DNA of 64,000 bases from NCBI GenBank assembly GCA_011390575.1, contig JAABSE010000007.1:2684-66683 (forward strand), in the 5' to 3' direction. This stretch comes from Sphingobacteriia bacterium. GTDB taxonomy: Bacteria; Bacteroidota; Bacteroidia; Bacteroidales; UBA7960. Each line of letters begins with the position of its first letter. Position 1 is the first letter of the stretch. Shown here piece after piece: positions 43,972 to 53,800 of this stretch. The translations under genes were made by a program, and so were the position numbers. The notes under the pieces are model-generated. The model saw only the letters and a program-made list of their open reading frames with translations, made no database searches and was not told the origin of the DNA.

Positions 43972-45297
43972 TTACTTCACTATTTGTCCGGTAAAAAGAG
44001 GCGTATTAAATTTATTTTCTTTCAGGATAAAAATGAAAGGTCTGTCGGCAACAAAACGTTTGGGCTGAAAATCTGGCGGATCGACAGGCATGGAAGTGGT
44101 AACCACGATAACCGCAGTGGCGGCCGCTGCTTCCGAACCCTTTTCGTCAATCTCAAAAAATACCTTCTGCAAAACAGCGCTGATGTGTAAATCTCGTTCT
44201 CCGCTAATGCCCGAAAAATCCGCTCTGTCATCAAAAGCTTCTTCAATACCTGCTTCCCGCAGGGGGTCGGTGAGCGAAAAAGATGATTCCAGTTTAAAGG
44301 AAGGTATCTCCATTTCTACATCTTCCTGCCTGAATTCTCTGATTATCGTATTGTAGGTGGCAGCATCCGGAATATACCGGGTAATATCGGTTACGTTTCG
44401 GTCGTTGGGTTTGATAAGAATAAGAGATAAATCGGGGGTAGTGTAGGGGAGCTCCATGGCAGTAAAGCCCTCTCCTTCGTACCATGGAATGCCACTTTGG
44501 CGCTGCATCATAAAATCCCTGGGGATTTCTTCTCCGGCAAGGGTTCTGAATCTTTTTTCGCGGGTCATCTCCTTTTCGAAGGGGTGTTTCCAGTCTGATT
44601 TTATATAAATGGCATTTACCAGTACCAGACGTGTAAGGTCTGACAAGGAACCAGAAGGAATCAGATCCTGTATCCGGTTGCGGGTGAGATCTTCTACCCA
44701 TGAATTGATCCTCTCTTCTGCCATGCGGGGATTGTTGCGGAAGTCTGTTTTCTCGAAGGCTCCGCCATGCCATTGCTCCACATCGTTTTTATACTGCTGA
44801 AGCACAGCATAGGATTGTTCGAGAAACACCCTGTTGGCCAGGTTAAAATCCACCAGGGTATCCTTGCTTATCTCCATAAGTTCTGAAAAGTAGTTGTGAT
44901 AAGCAGGATGAAAATCCGAATGCCGGGGGTCAAAACCGAATACATTGCTCAATTGTCTTTGGGTTTCTTCTCTGGCGCCGGAATACACGATAGCCATGGC
45001 CATATTCAAAGATGCCGGCGAAAAGGCGATATTCTCAGAAGCATTGTTGCCACTGAGCTCCCTGAAAAATTCCAGGGAAAAACTATTCATATTGTGCAAC
45101 ATATCGTTCGTTTGCTGGGGTTCCGTAGTCAAGTTTTCCTGGGTTGATTCATCTCCTTCATAAGGGTTGCTTATAAAAAGGCCATCGCCACCTCCTATAG
45201 GTTCAGCGACAGTTGCGGTTTCTGTGGTTTTTGTTGACCTGCATGCGGTAAGGCCTGCAATCAGAATTAACAAGGCGTAATATATCTTTCTGCACAT
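43972..45297 (-). CDS. Serpin-family protease inhibitor, lipoprotein
   Basis: 441 aa with lipobox GLTAC. The inhibitory-type hinge is EKGSEAAAATAV, and the serpin C-terminal signature is FVADRPFIFILKENKFNTPLFTGQIVK. Confidence 0.85.
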   Translation of the reverse strand: MCRKIYYALLILIAGLTACRSTKTTETATVAEPIGGGDGLFISNPYEGDESTQENLTTEPQQTNDMLHNMNSFSLEFFRELSGNNASENIAFSPASLNMAMAIVYSGAREETQRQLSNVFGFDPRHSDFHPAYHNYFSELMEISKDTLVDFNLANRVFLEQSYAVLQQYKNDVEQWHGGAFEKTDFRNNPRMAEERINSWVEDLTRNRIQDLIPSGSLSDLTRLVLVNAIYIKSDWKHPFEKEMTREKRFRTLAGEEIPRDFMMQRQSGIPWYEGEGFTAMELPYTTPDLSLILIKPNDRNVTDITRYIPDAATYNTIIREFRQEDVEMEIPSFKLESSFSLTDPLREAGIEEAFDDRADFSGISGERDLHISAVLQKVFFEIDEKGSEAAAATAVIVVTTSMPVDPPDFQPKRFVADRPFIFILKENKFNTPLFTGQIVK

Positions 45298-45472
45298 AAT
45301 TATTGTTTTTTTTGTAAAGATAAAGATTCCTGATGTATCCCTTATGAATAAGGTAAGGAAATTATTCTACTTCCTCCTTGCCATAGAATAGTGATAATTA
45401 TCTATCAAATACAGGGCCGCAAAGTTTACGTAGTTTTTTGTTTTGCAGGTTTTTTTGTTGGAAAAAAGGTTG

Positions 45473-45480
45473 TATTTTTG
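45473..45480 (+). promoter_or_regulatory. Candidate -7 box (TAnnTTTG) upstream of gcvH
   Basis: TATTTTTG lies 47 nt upstream of the ATG at 45527. The upstream TTG elements are not at ideal spacing. Motif match only. Confidence 0.3.
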
Positions 45481-45526
45481 GCCCACCAAGAAAACATCAA
45501 TACTTATCTACTAAAAAGAATATATC

Positions 45527-45901
45527 ATGAACATTCCCGACAATTTAAAGTACACCAAAGACCATGAGTGGATCAAAGTAGAAGGAGGAATAGCAACTGT
45601 AGGAATTACCGATTATGCTCAAAATGAGCTGGGCGATATTGTTTATATCGAAGTGAATACAGTAGGTGAAACACTGGAACAGGAAGAGACTTTTGGCACT
45701 ATTGAGGCGGTAAAAACTGTTTCTGACATGTTTATGCCTGTTACTGGTGAAATTACAGAGTTTAACGAGGAGCTGGAAAGCAATCCTGAAATCGCGAACA
45801 AAGATCCTTACAACGAAGGATGGATTGTTAAGATTAAAATGTCAGATCCCTCAGAAGTGGATGCGCTGCTGGATGCAGAGGCTTACAAAGAACTGCTCTG
45901 A
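45527..45901 (+). CDS. gcvH: Glycine cleavage system protein H
   Basis: 124 aa with the motifs [23 protein letters not shown] and the lipoyl-lysine block IEAVKTVSD. Confidence 0.95.
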   Translation: MNIPDNLKYTKDHEWIKVEGGIATVGITDYAQNELGDIVYIEVNTVGETLEQEETFGTIEAVKTVSDMFMPVTGEITEFNEELESNPEIANKDPYNEGWIVKIKMSDPSEVDALLDAEAYKELL

Positions 45902-45972
45902 TTCGGATTGTTATCTTATTTTTCTTTTCAGACGCAGGTTGCTTTTATGAATGAAGCCAAAGCGTTATTATT

Positions 45973-46365
45973 ATGAAATTCAAATATCTGCTTCCGGTAA
46001 TACTATGGTCATTGATAATACTATGGCTCATCAGTATTCCCGGGAGTAACATGCCCAAGACTCCGCTCCTTGCCATACCCCATCTCGACAAGCTGGTTCA
46101 TTTTGGCATTTTTGTCGTGTTTGCTTTCCTGCTTAACTATGGTCTTAGCAAACAGGCTTCTGTGTTTTGTCGAAAACAACAGTACACTATTTCCCTTTTG
46201 ATAGGCGTTATATATAGTGCAGGGACCGAATTGCTCCAGTACATATTTATTTCCGCCCGTTCTGGCGAATTCTGGGATTTCATGGCCAATACGATCGGAT
46301 GTATGGTGGGCGTACTTGTTTTTAAGCACGGAAAAAAATATTTACCCGCTTTTTTATATTATTGA
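45973..46365 (+). CDS. VanZ-family membrane protein
   Basis: 130 aa with four hydrophobic helices. DKLVHFGIF and TELLQ are blocks typical of VanZ-like proteins. Confidence 0.65.
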   Translation: MKFKYLLPVILWSLIILWLISIPGSNMPKTPLLAIPHLDKLVHFGIFVVFAFLLNYGLSKQASVFCRKQQYTISLLIGVIYSAGTELLQYIFISARSGEFWDFMANTIGCMVGVLVFKHGKKYLPAFLYY

Positions 46366-46469
46366 AGAAGCGGTTTTAAGAGTTGTTAAAAATTTCGTAT
46401 ATTAGCAGACTTGAATCCTTATAGTTGAAAAAACCCATAACTGTCTAAAAACCAATATAAATAAACCTT

Positions 46470-47144
46470 ATGGAAGCAAAAAAAACACCAAAAGCAGATC
46501 TTGAAAACAAGAAGCGGATATTCCTTCAGATAGGAATGATCATCGCTTTGGTATTTGTCTGGATGGCTTTTGAATACAAGCAGTACGAAAGACAGGTCAT
46601 TGATCTGGGCCAGCTTGACATTGAAATCATTGAAGAGGAGGATATTCCAATTACCCGTCAGGAAACCCCTCCGCCCCCACCACCCCCGGAGCCATCTCAG
46701 GAACTTGTTATTGTAGATGATGATGTGGAGATTGAAGAAGAATTTATGATTGATACTGAAGCCACTGTCAATACAGAGGTGCAGGAGTTTACTCCTATCG
46801 TGGTAGAAGAAGAAGAGGTTGAAGAGGAGCAAATTTTTACCATTGTGGAAGATGATCCTGAGTTTCCCGGAGGTCAGGCTGCTTTGATGCAGTACCTGCA
46901 GGGTAACCTCAAGTATCCTACCATGGCCCGTGAAGCCGGAATTCAGGGTACCGTATTTGTTACCTTCGTTGTAGAACGCGATGGAAGCATTACCGATGTG
47001 AGAATTCTCAGAGGTGTTGGTGGTGGACTTGATGAAGAAGCCATCAGGGTTGTGCAAAACATGCCCAACTGGACCCCTGGTCGTCAGAGAGGACAAGCCG
47101 TTAGGGTACAGTTTAACCTGCCTATCCGCTTCGTACTTAACTAA
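46470..47144 (+). CDS. tonB: Energy transducer TonB
   Basis: 224 aa with an N-terminal anchor and a Pro-rich linker (ETPPPPPPPEP). The TonB C-terminal domain reads PEFPGGQAALMQYL...AREAGIQGTVFVTFVVERDGSITDVRIL. Confidence 0.85.
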   Translation: MEAKKTPKADLENKKRIFLQIGMIIALVFVWMAFEYKQYERQVIDLGQLDIEIIEEEDIPITRQETPPPPPPPEPSQELVIVDDDVEIEEEFMIDTEATVNTEVQEFTPIVVEEEEVEEEQIFTIVEDDPEFPGGQAALMQYLQGNLKYPTMAREAGIQGTVFVTFVVERDGSITDVRILRGVGGGLDEEAIRVVQNMPNWTPGRQRGQAVRVQFNLPIRFVLN

Positions 47145-47163
47145 GCTGATAAAAATATTTTAT

Positions 47164-47201
47164 AAAAAGCCGCTGCAAGAGGAATTTGCAGCGGCTTTTT
47201 T
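47164..47201. terminator. Bidirectional rho-independent terminator between the convergent tonB and recG genes
   Basis: AAAAAGCCGCTGCAA (47164-47178), a 7-nt loop, then TTGCAGCGGCTTTTTT (47186-47201). Confidence 0.85.
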
Positions 47202-47209
47202 GTGCGCGG

Positions 47210-49321
47210 TTAACTGATTTTGCTCCAGGTAATGTTGCTGCCTTTCTCTTTCTGCTGCAGCGTGCGTGCGAGCATCTCGTTTTCGGGGAGCTTAAGATCC
47301 GGGTCCTTTTCAAGTATTTCTTCTGCTTTCATGCGGGCGTATTTGAGAATTTTTTCGTCTTTGGTGATGCTTGCAATTTTCAAATCCAGCAGTCCGCTTT
47401 GCTGGGTACCGTGAATGTCGCCCGGGCCGCGCAATTTCATGTCGGTTTCGGCAATCACAAACCCATCGTTGGTGCTTACCATGGTTTCCATTCTTTTGCG
47501 GGCATCAGATGAAAGCTTAAAGTCGGTCATAAGGATGCACCACGACTGGTCGGCACCACGCCCCACTCGACCACGCAGCTGATGCAGTTGCGACAATCCA
47601 AAGCGTTGGGCACTCTCAATCACCATTACACTGGCATTGGGAACATTGATGCCAACTTCAATAACCGTAGTGGCTACCATAATCTGGGTTTCACCCTTTA
47701 CAAAACGCTGCATCTCGTAATCTTTATCGGCCGGTTTCATCTTGCCATGTACGATGCTTACGGCGTAATCGGGCAGCGGAAAATCCCTCACAATACTTTC
47801 ATAGCCATCCTGCAAGTCTTTCAGGTCAAGGGTTTCTGACTCCTTTATGATGGGGTACACCACATAAACCTGCCTGCCCAGCTTTATCTGTTCGCGCATA
47901 AAACCAAAAACCTTGAGCCGGTTGCTGTCGTATTGATGCAGGGTTTTGATGGGTTTGCGACCGGGAGGCAATTCATCGATAACGGAAATATCCAAATCGC
48001 CATACAGGGTCATGGCCAGGGTGCGGGGGATGGGCGTAGCGGTCATTACCAATACGTGGGGTGATATATGATTCTTTTTCCATAGTTTGGCGCGCTGTGC
48101 CACCCCGAAGCGATGCTGTTCGTCTATTACCACCATGCCCAGGTTTTTGAAAACCACAATGTCTTCAATCAATGCATGGGTTCCGATGAGGATATGCAAA
48201 CTACCGTCCAGCAAATCGCCATGAATTACTTTTCTTTTGGCTTTGCGGGTAGAGCCCGTTAGGAGTTCGATTTTCAGGTTCATGCCTCCGAGCATGTTGC
48301 TCAGGGATTCGAAATGCTGATTGGCAAGCACTTCGGTGGGTGCCATCAGACAGGCCTGGAAACCATTGTCGATGGCAATGAGCATGGTCATGAGTGCCAC
48401 AATGGTTTTGCCGCTTCCCACGTCTCCCTGCAACAGGCGGTTCATTTGTTTTCCACTCAGGGTGTTAGACCTGATTTCTTTGATTACTCTTTTTTGAGCA
48501 CCCGTGAGTTCGAAGTTAAGGTGTTGATGGTAAAATTCATTAAAGTGTTCGCCTACCGTTTTGAAAATTTGTCCTCTCGATTGAGAAACACGTTCATGTT
48601 TGAGCCGTAGTAAACCCAGCTGGATAAAAAACAGCTCTTCAAACTTGAGTCTTGCCCGTGCCCTTGAAAGAATCTGGGGTGTTTCGGGAAAGTGAACACT
48701 GACCAATGATTGCCGACGAGGGGGGAGTTTTAGTTCTTCCCGCAGGTATTCGGGGAGGTTTTCGTTTATATGATCCTTTATCTGAGGCAAAAGCGTTGTA
48801 AGCAAACGGCTGATTCCTTTGCTGTCCAATGCTCTTGATTTTAGTTTTTCGGTAGAAGGATAAACCGGGTGCATGCTCGATTGCTGGGTAATGGCTACCG
48901 GGCTTACCGCTTCCACCTCAGGGTGGGCAATGCTGTATTTGCGGCCAAAGCGGGCAGGCTTGCCAAAAACGATGTATTCCTGCCCCGGGACGAATAAGTT
49001 TTTGAGGAATTTGAAGCCGTTAAACCAGATTAGCTCAAGCGAGCTGCCCTGGTCGTCGGTGAGCAGAGCGGTCATGCGTGTGGTTCGTTTCTGTCCGTGG
49101 AGCTGGATGTTGCTTATGTACCCGCGAATCTGCACATATGGCATGTCTTCGGTTATTTCACGGATTTTGTAAAACCTGCTTTTGTCAATATAGCGGAAAG
49201 GGTAAAAATGCAGCAAGTCCTCAAAAGTAAACAGCTGAACTTCTTTTTTCAGCAATTCTGCTCTTTGAGGACCTACTCCTTTGAGAAACTCTATGGGGGT
49301 TTTCAGAATATCAGAAGGCAT
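47210..49321 (-). CDS. recG: ATP-dependent DNA helicase RecG
   Basis: 703 aa with an N-terminal wedge/OB region, Walker A (GDVGSGKT), DEQH (VIDEQHRFG) and helicase C motifs (QLHQLRGRVGRG). Confidence 0.95.
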   Translation of the reverse strand: MPSDILKTPIEFLKGVGPQRAELLKKEVQLFTFEDLLHFYPFRYIDKSRFYKIREITEDMPYVQIRGYISNIQLHGQKRTTRMTALLTDDQGSSLELIWFNGFKFLKNLFVPGQEYIVFGKPARFGRKYSIAHPEVEAVSPVAITQQSSMHPVYPSTEKLKSRALDSKGISRLLTTLLPQIKDHINENLPEYLREELKLPPRRQSLVSVHFPETPQILSRARARLKFEELFFIQLGLLRLKHERVSQSRGQIFKTVGEHFNEFYHQHLNFELTGAQKRVIKEIRSNTLSGKQMNRLLQGDVGSGKTIVALMTMLIAIDNGFQACLMAPTEVLANQHFESLSNMLGGMNLKIELLTGSTRKAKRKVIHGDLLDGSLHILIGTHALIEDIVVFKNLGMVVIDEQHRFGVAQRAKLWKKNHISPHVLVMTATPIPRTLAMTLYGDLDISVIDELPPGRKPIKTLHQYDSNRLKVFGFMREQIKLGRQVYVVYPIIKESETLDLKDLQDGYESIVRDFPLPDYAVSIVHGKMKPADKDYEMQRFVKGETQIMVATTVIEVGINVPNASVMVIESAQRFGLSQLHQLRGRVGRGADQSWCILMTDFKLSSDARKRMETMVSTNDGFVIAETDMKLRGPGDIHGTQQSGLLDLKIASITKDEKILKYARMKAEEILEKDPDLKLPENEMLARTLQQKEKGSNITWSKIS

Positions 49322-49410
49322 ACCTTTTTACCAAAAAAGCTTATGGCATAAAGGTAAAAAATGCATTTGTAAAAACAAAGTGCCCGGGCAGGGCTGGTTG
49401 TCTTTTACAG

Positions 49411-49983
49411 TTATTCTGCGATCTTTTTGGCGTTGATTTCTACTTTGAGCAGGAAAAACTGTGTGTCGGCATCAAAGGGAAGAAACTGGTAAACCAGCTT
49501 ATTGCGCGTTTTTCGGGCAATTTCTATCAGTCCCAGTCCGGCACCGCCCTTTTCTGATAAGGTGCCTTCGGTAATTTGCCTGCGGTACATTTCCTTCAGC
49601 TCTTCTTTGGTAGCGCCATTGACTTGCTCTACAGCCTTTTCGAGGTCCATCTTTTTTTCATTGGTAACCTTGTTGGAGGTGATAATGTAATAAGTACCAT
49701 CTTTCTTTCCAATCATAAACAACCCTTTGCCTATATTGTACTTATCTGTTATCTCATCGGAGTGTTTGGCCATGTTTTGCAGTGTTTCCACCATTACGGC
49801 ATAAACTTTTCTGATTATGGATTTTTCTTCATCTTTTCTGTCCATGTCTTCCTCAGCCATGGAGGTGAACATTTTGGTGATCTGATGGTGAAACTCGCCC
49901 AGGTAAACGATATTTATGCCGTTTTCCGACATCTCATCGTAAACATTCAACACTGACTTGATAAATCCTACATTTAGCTTCAT
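49411..49983 (-). CDS. GHKL-fold ATP-binding protein, SiaB-like/anti-sigma-type protein kinase (DUF6272-like)
   Basis: 190 aa with an N-box-like block (ETLQNMAKHS) and a G2-like block (GGAGLGLIEIARK). The family call is from memory. Confidence 0.5.
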   Translation of the reverse strand: MKLNVGFIKSVLNVYDEMSENGINIVYLGEFHHQITKMFTSMAEEDMDRKDEEKSIIRKVYAVMVETLQNMAKHSDEITDKYNIGKGLFMIGKKDGTYYIITSNKVTNEKKMDLEKAVEQVNGATKEELKEMYRRQITEGTLSEKGGAGLGLIEIARKTRNKLVYQFLPFDADTQFFLLKVEINAKKIAE

Positions 49984-50277
49984 AAGAAAAGCGTTTTTTT
50001 AAATTATACTTAAGAGCAACAATAAGGTTGCTAAATTAATTAAAAAAACTCTCCCTGTATTACGTATAACGCCTAAACTTAACAAAACAAAAATAAGCGA
50101 AACCCTGAAAATGGAATGTCCGCAATCGGACATTTGTGTGTTATGGCGAACAGTGGCTGGCTTTCCTTATCCCATGGCAAATGTGTTTCAGCACCTTAAA
50201 GCGCACAAAATGAAATGAATACGCTTTGTGGCACAGGTTTGGTTAAAGACGGGCATCCTCATCAAATTCTAAAAAAA

Positions 50278-52614
50278 ATGAAAATTTGGATTCGTTGTAT
50301 TGCTTTTGCATACGTTGTTTTAATTTACCATGCTTCCGTGGCGCAGGGAAATGCAGTGCTGAAAGGAAATTTGCGTGATGCCGCCACAGGAGAAGATCTT
50401 ATTGGAGCCACCGTGTATATTAATGAGCTGAAAACCGGCACTACTGCCAATGTTTATGGTTTTTACAGTTTGAATTTGCCTGCAGGGAATTACACCGTAA
50501 GGTTCTCCTACACCGGATATAGCACAAAAATTATTGAGGTTGAACTTGATGAAAACAAGGTGCTGAATGTTGAACTGGAAAGTGCATTTCAGCAACTTGG
50601 GGAAGTTGTAGTGACCGGGGAGAAGCCTGATGAGAATGTTAAGCAGGTTCGGATGAGTACCAATAACCTGCAAATGGAAACGATAAAGTCCCTTCCTTCA
50701 TTCATGGGAGAGGTGGACGTGATGAAGTCACTGGTGCTCCTGCCCGGAATCAGTGCGGGTGGCGAAGGTTCAACAGGAATTTTTGTCAGAGGAGGCAATG
50801 TGGATCAGAATCTGCTTTTGCTGGATGAGGCTACTGTTTATAATGCTTCCCATTTAATGGGCTTTTTCAGCGTATTCAATGCCGATGCCATAAAAGATGT
50901 CCAGGTTTACAAAGGAGGCATACCAGCACAATACGGTGGCAGGCTTTCTTCGGTAGTGGATATGCGCATGAAAGACGGAAACTCAAAGAAGTTTTCTGCC
51001 ACCGGCGGATTGGGCTCCATTGCCAGCAGGTTGACGGTGGAAGGCCCTATTCAGCGTGACGTGAGCAGCTTCATTGTTTCGGGAAGAAGAACCTATTTTG
51101 ATATGTTTCTCCCTTTCTCGGCCGACACCAACCTGCGCAACAGCCGCCTGTATTTTTATGATTTGAATGCCAAGGCCAATTACCGGTTCAGCGACAAAGA
51201 CCGGGTTTTTCTCAGTGCTTACACAGGGAGAGATTACCTGAAAATCAACAATGAATTTAACATGGGCTGGGGCAACGAAACCGCATCCCTGCGCTGGAAC
51301 CATATTTTCAACAGCCGTATTTTTTCCAACTTCACCCTTATTTACTCTCATTATAATTATAATCTGGGTTTCAACTACGGGATAAATTCCTTTGACTGGT
51401 TTTCGCACATTAGGGAGATGTCTTTCAAAGGAGATTTTACCTGGTATTTCAATCCGGATTTTACCGTACGGTTTGGTTTGCAAAATCAGCACCATCGGTT
51501 TAATCCCGGGCAGGTCAGGGGTAAGGGCGATCAGTCTGCTGTGAATGATAACGATATGCCCCTGAGTTACGGTTTACAGCATGCAGCCTATCTTTCTGCC
51601 GAACATAAGCTTTCAGAAGAATTTACCATGGAGTATGGGGTTCGTTATTCCCTTTTTCAGAAAATGGGCGAAAGCACTGTGTTTTCTGTCAATGAAAATT
51701 ATCAGGTCACCGATACATTGTATTATGGCAAGGGTGAAATATTCCACTCCGATCATGGTCCGGAGCCTCGACTGGGTCTGGTTTACAGCCCGGCTGCATT
51801 TCACAGCTTTAAAGCCAGCTACAACCGCACCCGTCAATACCTGCAGCAAACCAATATTTCTGCCTCCGGTACTCCGCTGGATATCTGGTTTCCTGCCAGT
51901 CCCAATGTAAAGGGGCAGGTGGCCGACCAGTGGGCCTTAGGGTATTTCCGCAACTTTCTGGATAACACACTCGAAAGCTCGCTGGAAGTATATTACAAGG
52001 ACATGAAAAATCAACTGGATTTTCGCGATCACGCCAATATTTTACTCAACACCCATATGGAGGCCGATCTGCGTGTGGGTAAAGCATGGTCTTATGGCGT
52101 AGAGTTTATGTTTAACAAAACCAAAGGAGATTTTACCGGTTGGTTCAGCTATACATGGTCGAGGGCATGGCAGCAAATTGATGAGATTAACCAGGGAGAA
52201 AAATACCCGGCAGTTTTTGATCGTCCGCACGATTTGTCGCTGGTTTTGGCATATGATTTGAGCCCGCGGGTAAATGTAGCTGCAAACTGGGTATATCAGT
52301 CGGGCCGGCCGGTGACTTTGCCCGTTGGAAGGTACGAATATGGCGGGGTTTTCATACCGGTATACGGCTCCAGAAACTCTTCGCGCTATCCTGACTATCA
52401 CAGGTTGGATCTTTCTCTTACCTGGAAAACACGGGAGAAGCCCGGCAGAAGTTGGCAGAGTAGCTGGGATGTGTCGGTTTATAATGCATACATGCGCAAA
52501 AATGCTTTTGCCTATTCTTTCCGCCAAAGCAATGACAATATTTACCAGACTGATGCTTATATGATTTACCTGTTTAGCATTGTGCCATCGGTAACCTACA
52601 ACTTTAAATTTTAG
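50278..52614 (+). CDS. TonB-dependent receptor with an N-terminal carboxypeptidase-regulatory-like domain
   Basis: The track ORF starts at 50215, but the Met at 50278 gives a proper signal peptide (MKIWIRCIAFAYVVLIYHASVA|QG). A plug and barrel follow, ending ...SVTYNFKF. Confidence 0.9.
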   Translation: MKIWIRCIAFAYVVLIYHASVAQGNAVLKGNLRDAATGEDLIGATVYINELKTGTTANVYGFYSLNLPAGNYTVRFSYTGYSTKIIEVELDENKVLNVELESAFQQLGEVVVTGEKPDENVKQVRMSTNNLQMETIKSLPSFMGEVDVMKSLVLLPGISAGGEGSTGIFVRGGNVDQNLLLLDEATVYNASHLMGFFSVFNADAIKDVQVYKGGIPAQYGGRLSSVVDMRMKDGNSKKFSATGGLGSIASRLTVEGPIQRDVSSFIVSGRRTYFDMFLPFSADTNLRNSRLYFYDLNAKANYRFSDKDRVFLSAYTGRDYLKINNEFNMGWGNETASLRWNHIFNSRIFSNFTLIYSHYNYNLGFNYGINSFDWFSHIREMSFKGDFTWYFNPDFTVRFGLQNQHHRFNPGQVRGKGDQSAVNDNDMPLSYGLQHAAYLSAEHKLSEEFTMEYGVRYSLFQKMGESTVFSVNENYQVTDTLYYGKGEIFHSDHGPEPRLGLVYSPAAFHSFKASYNRTRQYLQQTNISASGTPLDIWFPASPNVKGQVADQWALGYFRNFLDNTLESSLEVYYKDMKNQLDFRDHANILLNTHMEADLRVGKAWSYGVEFMFNKTKGDFTGWFSYTWSRAWQQIDEINQGEKYPAVFDRPHDLSLVLAYDLSPRVNVAANWVYQSGRPVTLPVGRYEYGGVFIPVYGSRNSSRYPDYHRLDLSLTWKTREKPGRSWQSSWDVSVYNAYMRKNAFAYSFRQSNDNIYQTDAYMIYLFSIVPSVTYNFKF

Positions 52615-52686
52615 AGTGGCATGGTGCTGTAGCACTCGCAGTCGAATAATCAGTAAATTAAAACATAATCCTAAAATCACACGAAA

Positions 52687-53508
52687 ATGAAAACCATAGA
52701 ATCTGTTTTGAAACTCATTGTTGTAGCCTTGACTTTGCTGCTGGTTTCCTGCGAAGAAAAAATTGAACTGCGGGTAGGAGAAAAATCAGAACCTTATCTC
52801 GTGGTGGATGGGATGATCACCTCTGAAGCGACGGAGCACGTTGTAAACCTGAGTCTCAGTGGCGGTTTTTATCTTGATGGTGAAACGCCCAGGGTCAGTG
52901 ATGCACATGTATCTATCCATGATAACCTGGGAAATGAATACCCTTTGCGTGAAACTTTTCCGGGAAGATACGTAACCGAAAGTGATGTCGCCGGCGAGGT
53001 GGGTGTTACCTATACGCTGACAGTTGATTATGATGGCCGGATCTACGAGGCCTCGAGCACCATGAAAAGGGTGCCTGAAATTGATTCTCTTTCCTATCGC
53101 TGGGACAATTATTTTAAGTCTTACCGAATATTGCTCTATGGCCAGGAGCCCGAGGGTAAAGGGGATAACTATATGTGGCACCTGTATAAAAATGGTGAGC
53201 ATGTTACCCCTGTCCTGAATTTGGTTCAGGTTGTCAATGATGAATTTCTGGATGGGAATTATATTAAAGGGTTCGAAGTGGAAACTTGGGAACATAATTT
53301 TGAATTTCAGAAAGGAGATACAATTGAGGTGGCAATGCATTCTATCACCCGGGAAGCATTTGATTTCATTTCGGGAGTTTTTGTCGAGTATAACAGCGGG
53401 CAGCTGGGTACCCGGCCTCCGGCCAATATTCCTTCCAATGTAAGCCAGGGGGCTTTGGGTTTGTTTCACGCTTCTGCCGTTACCCGCAAAAGCATTGTTA
53501 TTGAATAG
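52687..53508 (+). CDS. DUF4249-family lipoprotein (usual partner of this TonB-dependent receptor class)
   Basis: 273 aa with lipobox LLLVSC, located 72 nt downstream of the receptor gene. The family call rests on context and memory. Confidence 0.6.
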   Translation: MKTIESVLKLIVVALTLLLVSCEEKIELRVGEKSEPYLVVDGMITSEATEHVVNLSLSGGFYLDGETPRVSDAHVSIHDNLGNEYPLRETFPGRYVTESDVAGEVGVTYTLTVDYDGRIYEASSTMKRVPEIDSLSYRWDNYFKSYRILLYGQEPEGKGDNYMWHLYKNGEHVTPVLNLVQVVNDEFLDGNYIKGFEVETWEHNFEFQKGDTIEVAMHSITREAFDFISGVFVEYNSGQLGTRPPANIPSNVSQGALGLFHASAVTRKSIVIE

Positions 53509-53542
53509 AAGAGTAAGTTTGATACACTGATTTTCTTTTTTT

Positions 53543-53596
53543 CCTGTGTTTCTATGGGGTAGATTTTACCCATAGAAGCACAGGATTTCTTTTTTT
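53543..53596 (+). terminator. Rho-independent terminator after the receptor/DUF4249 pair
   Basis: A 16-bp stem, CCTGTGTTTCTATGGG / CCCATAGAAGCACAGG, with one G-U pair and a 10-nt loop, then ATTTCTTTTTTT. Confidence 0.85.
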
Positions 53597-53784
53597 CTGC
53601 AAATTTCTCTCTCTTGATTTACATCCTGAAATCCCTGAACTGATCAAAAAGATGACAGTTGTCCTAAAATAGGTCATGCGTTTTGCAGGGATGTCATAAA
53701 ACGGAACGAATAAGAAGTGATTCTGATCGGTTTGTTTTTCCGTAAAAAAGCCTAAGTAACACAAAAATAGCGCTATAGGTCTTT

Positions 53785-53800
53785 TGGAACACCTGTTGTT
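53785..53800 (+). promoter_or_regulatory. Candidate sigma-54 (-24/-12) promoter upstream of abfD
   Basis: TGGAACACCTGTTGTT compared with the consensus TGGCACG-N4-TTGCW. GG and the TTG are correctly spaced, but the -12 C is a T. The motif ends 46 nt upstream of the ATG at 53847, and a sigma-54 activator gene follows the operon. Confidence 0.3.

Noticed and set aside
46419-47096. A 225-aa minus-strand ORF opposite tonB
   Set aside because: This is a shadow ORF of the E/P-rich TonB linker. The TonB C-terminal domain on the plus strand is unambiguous.
50229-50244. A perfect TGGCAC (-24-like) motif upstream of the TonB-dependent receptor
   Set aside because: At the required spacing the -12 region reads TGGT instead of TTGC, which is two core mismatches. 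This is most likely a chance match.
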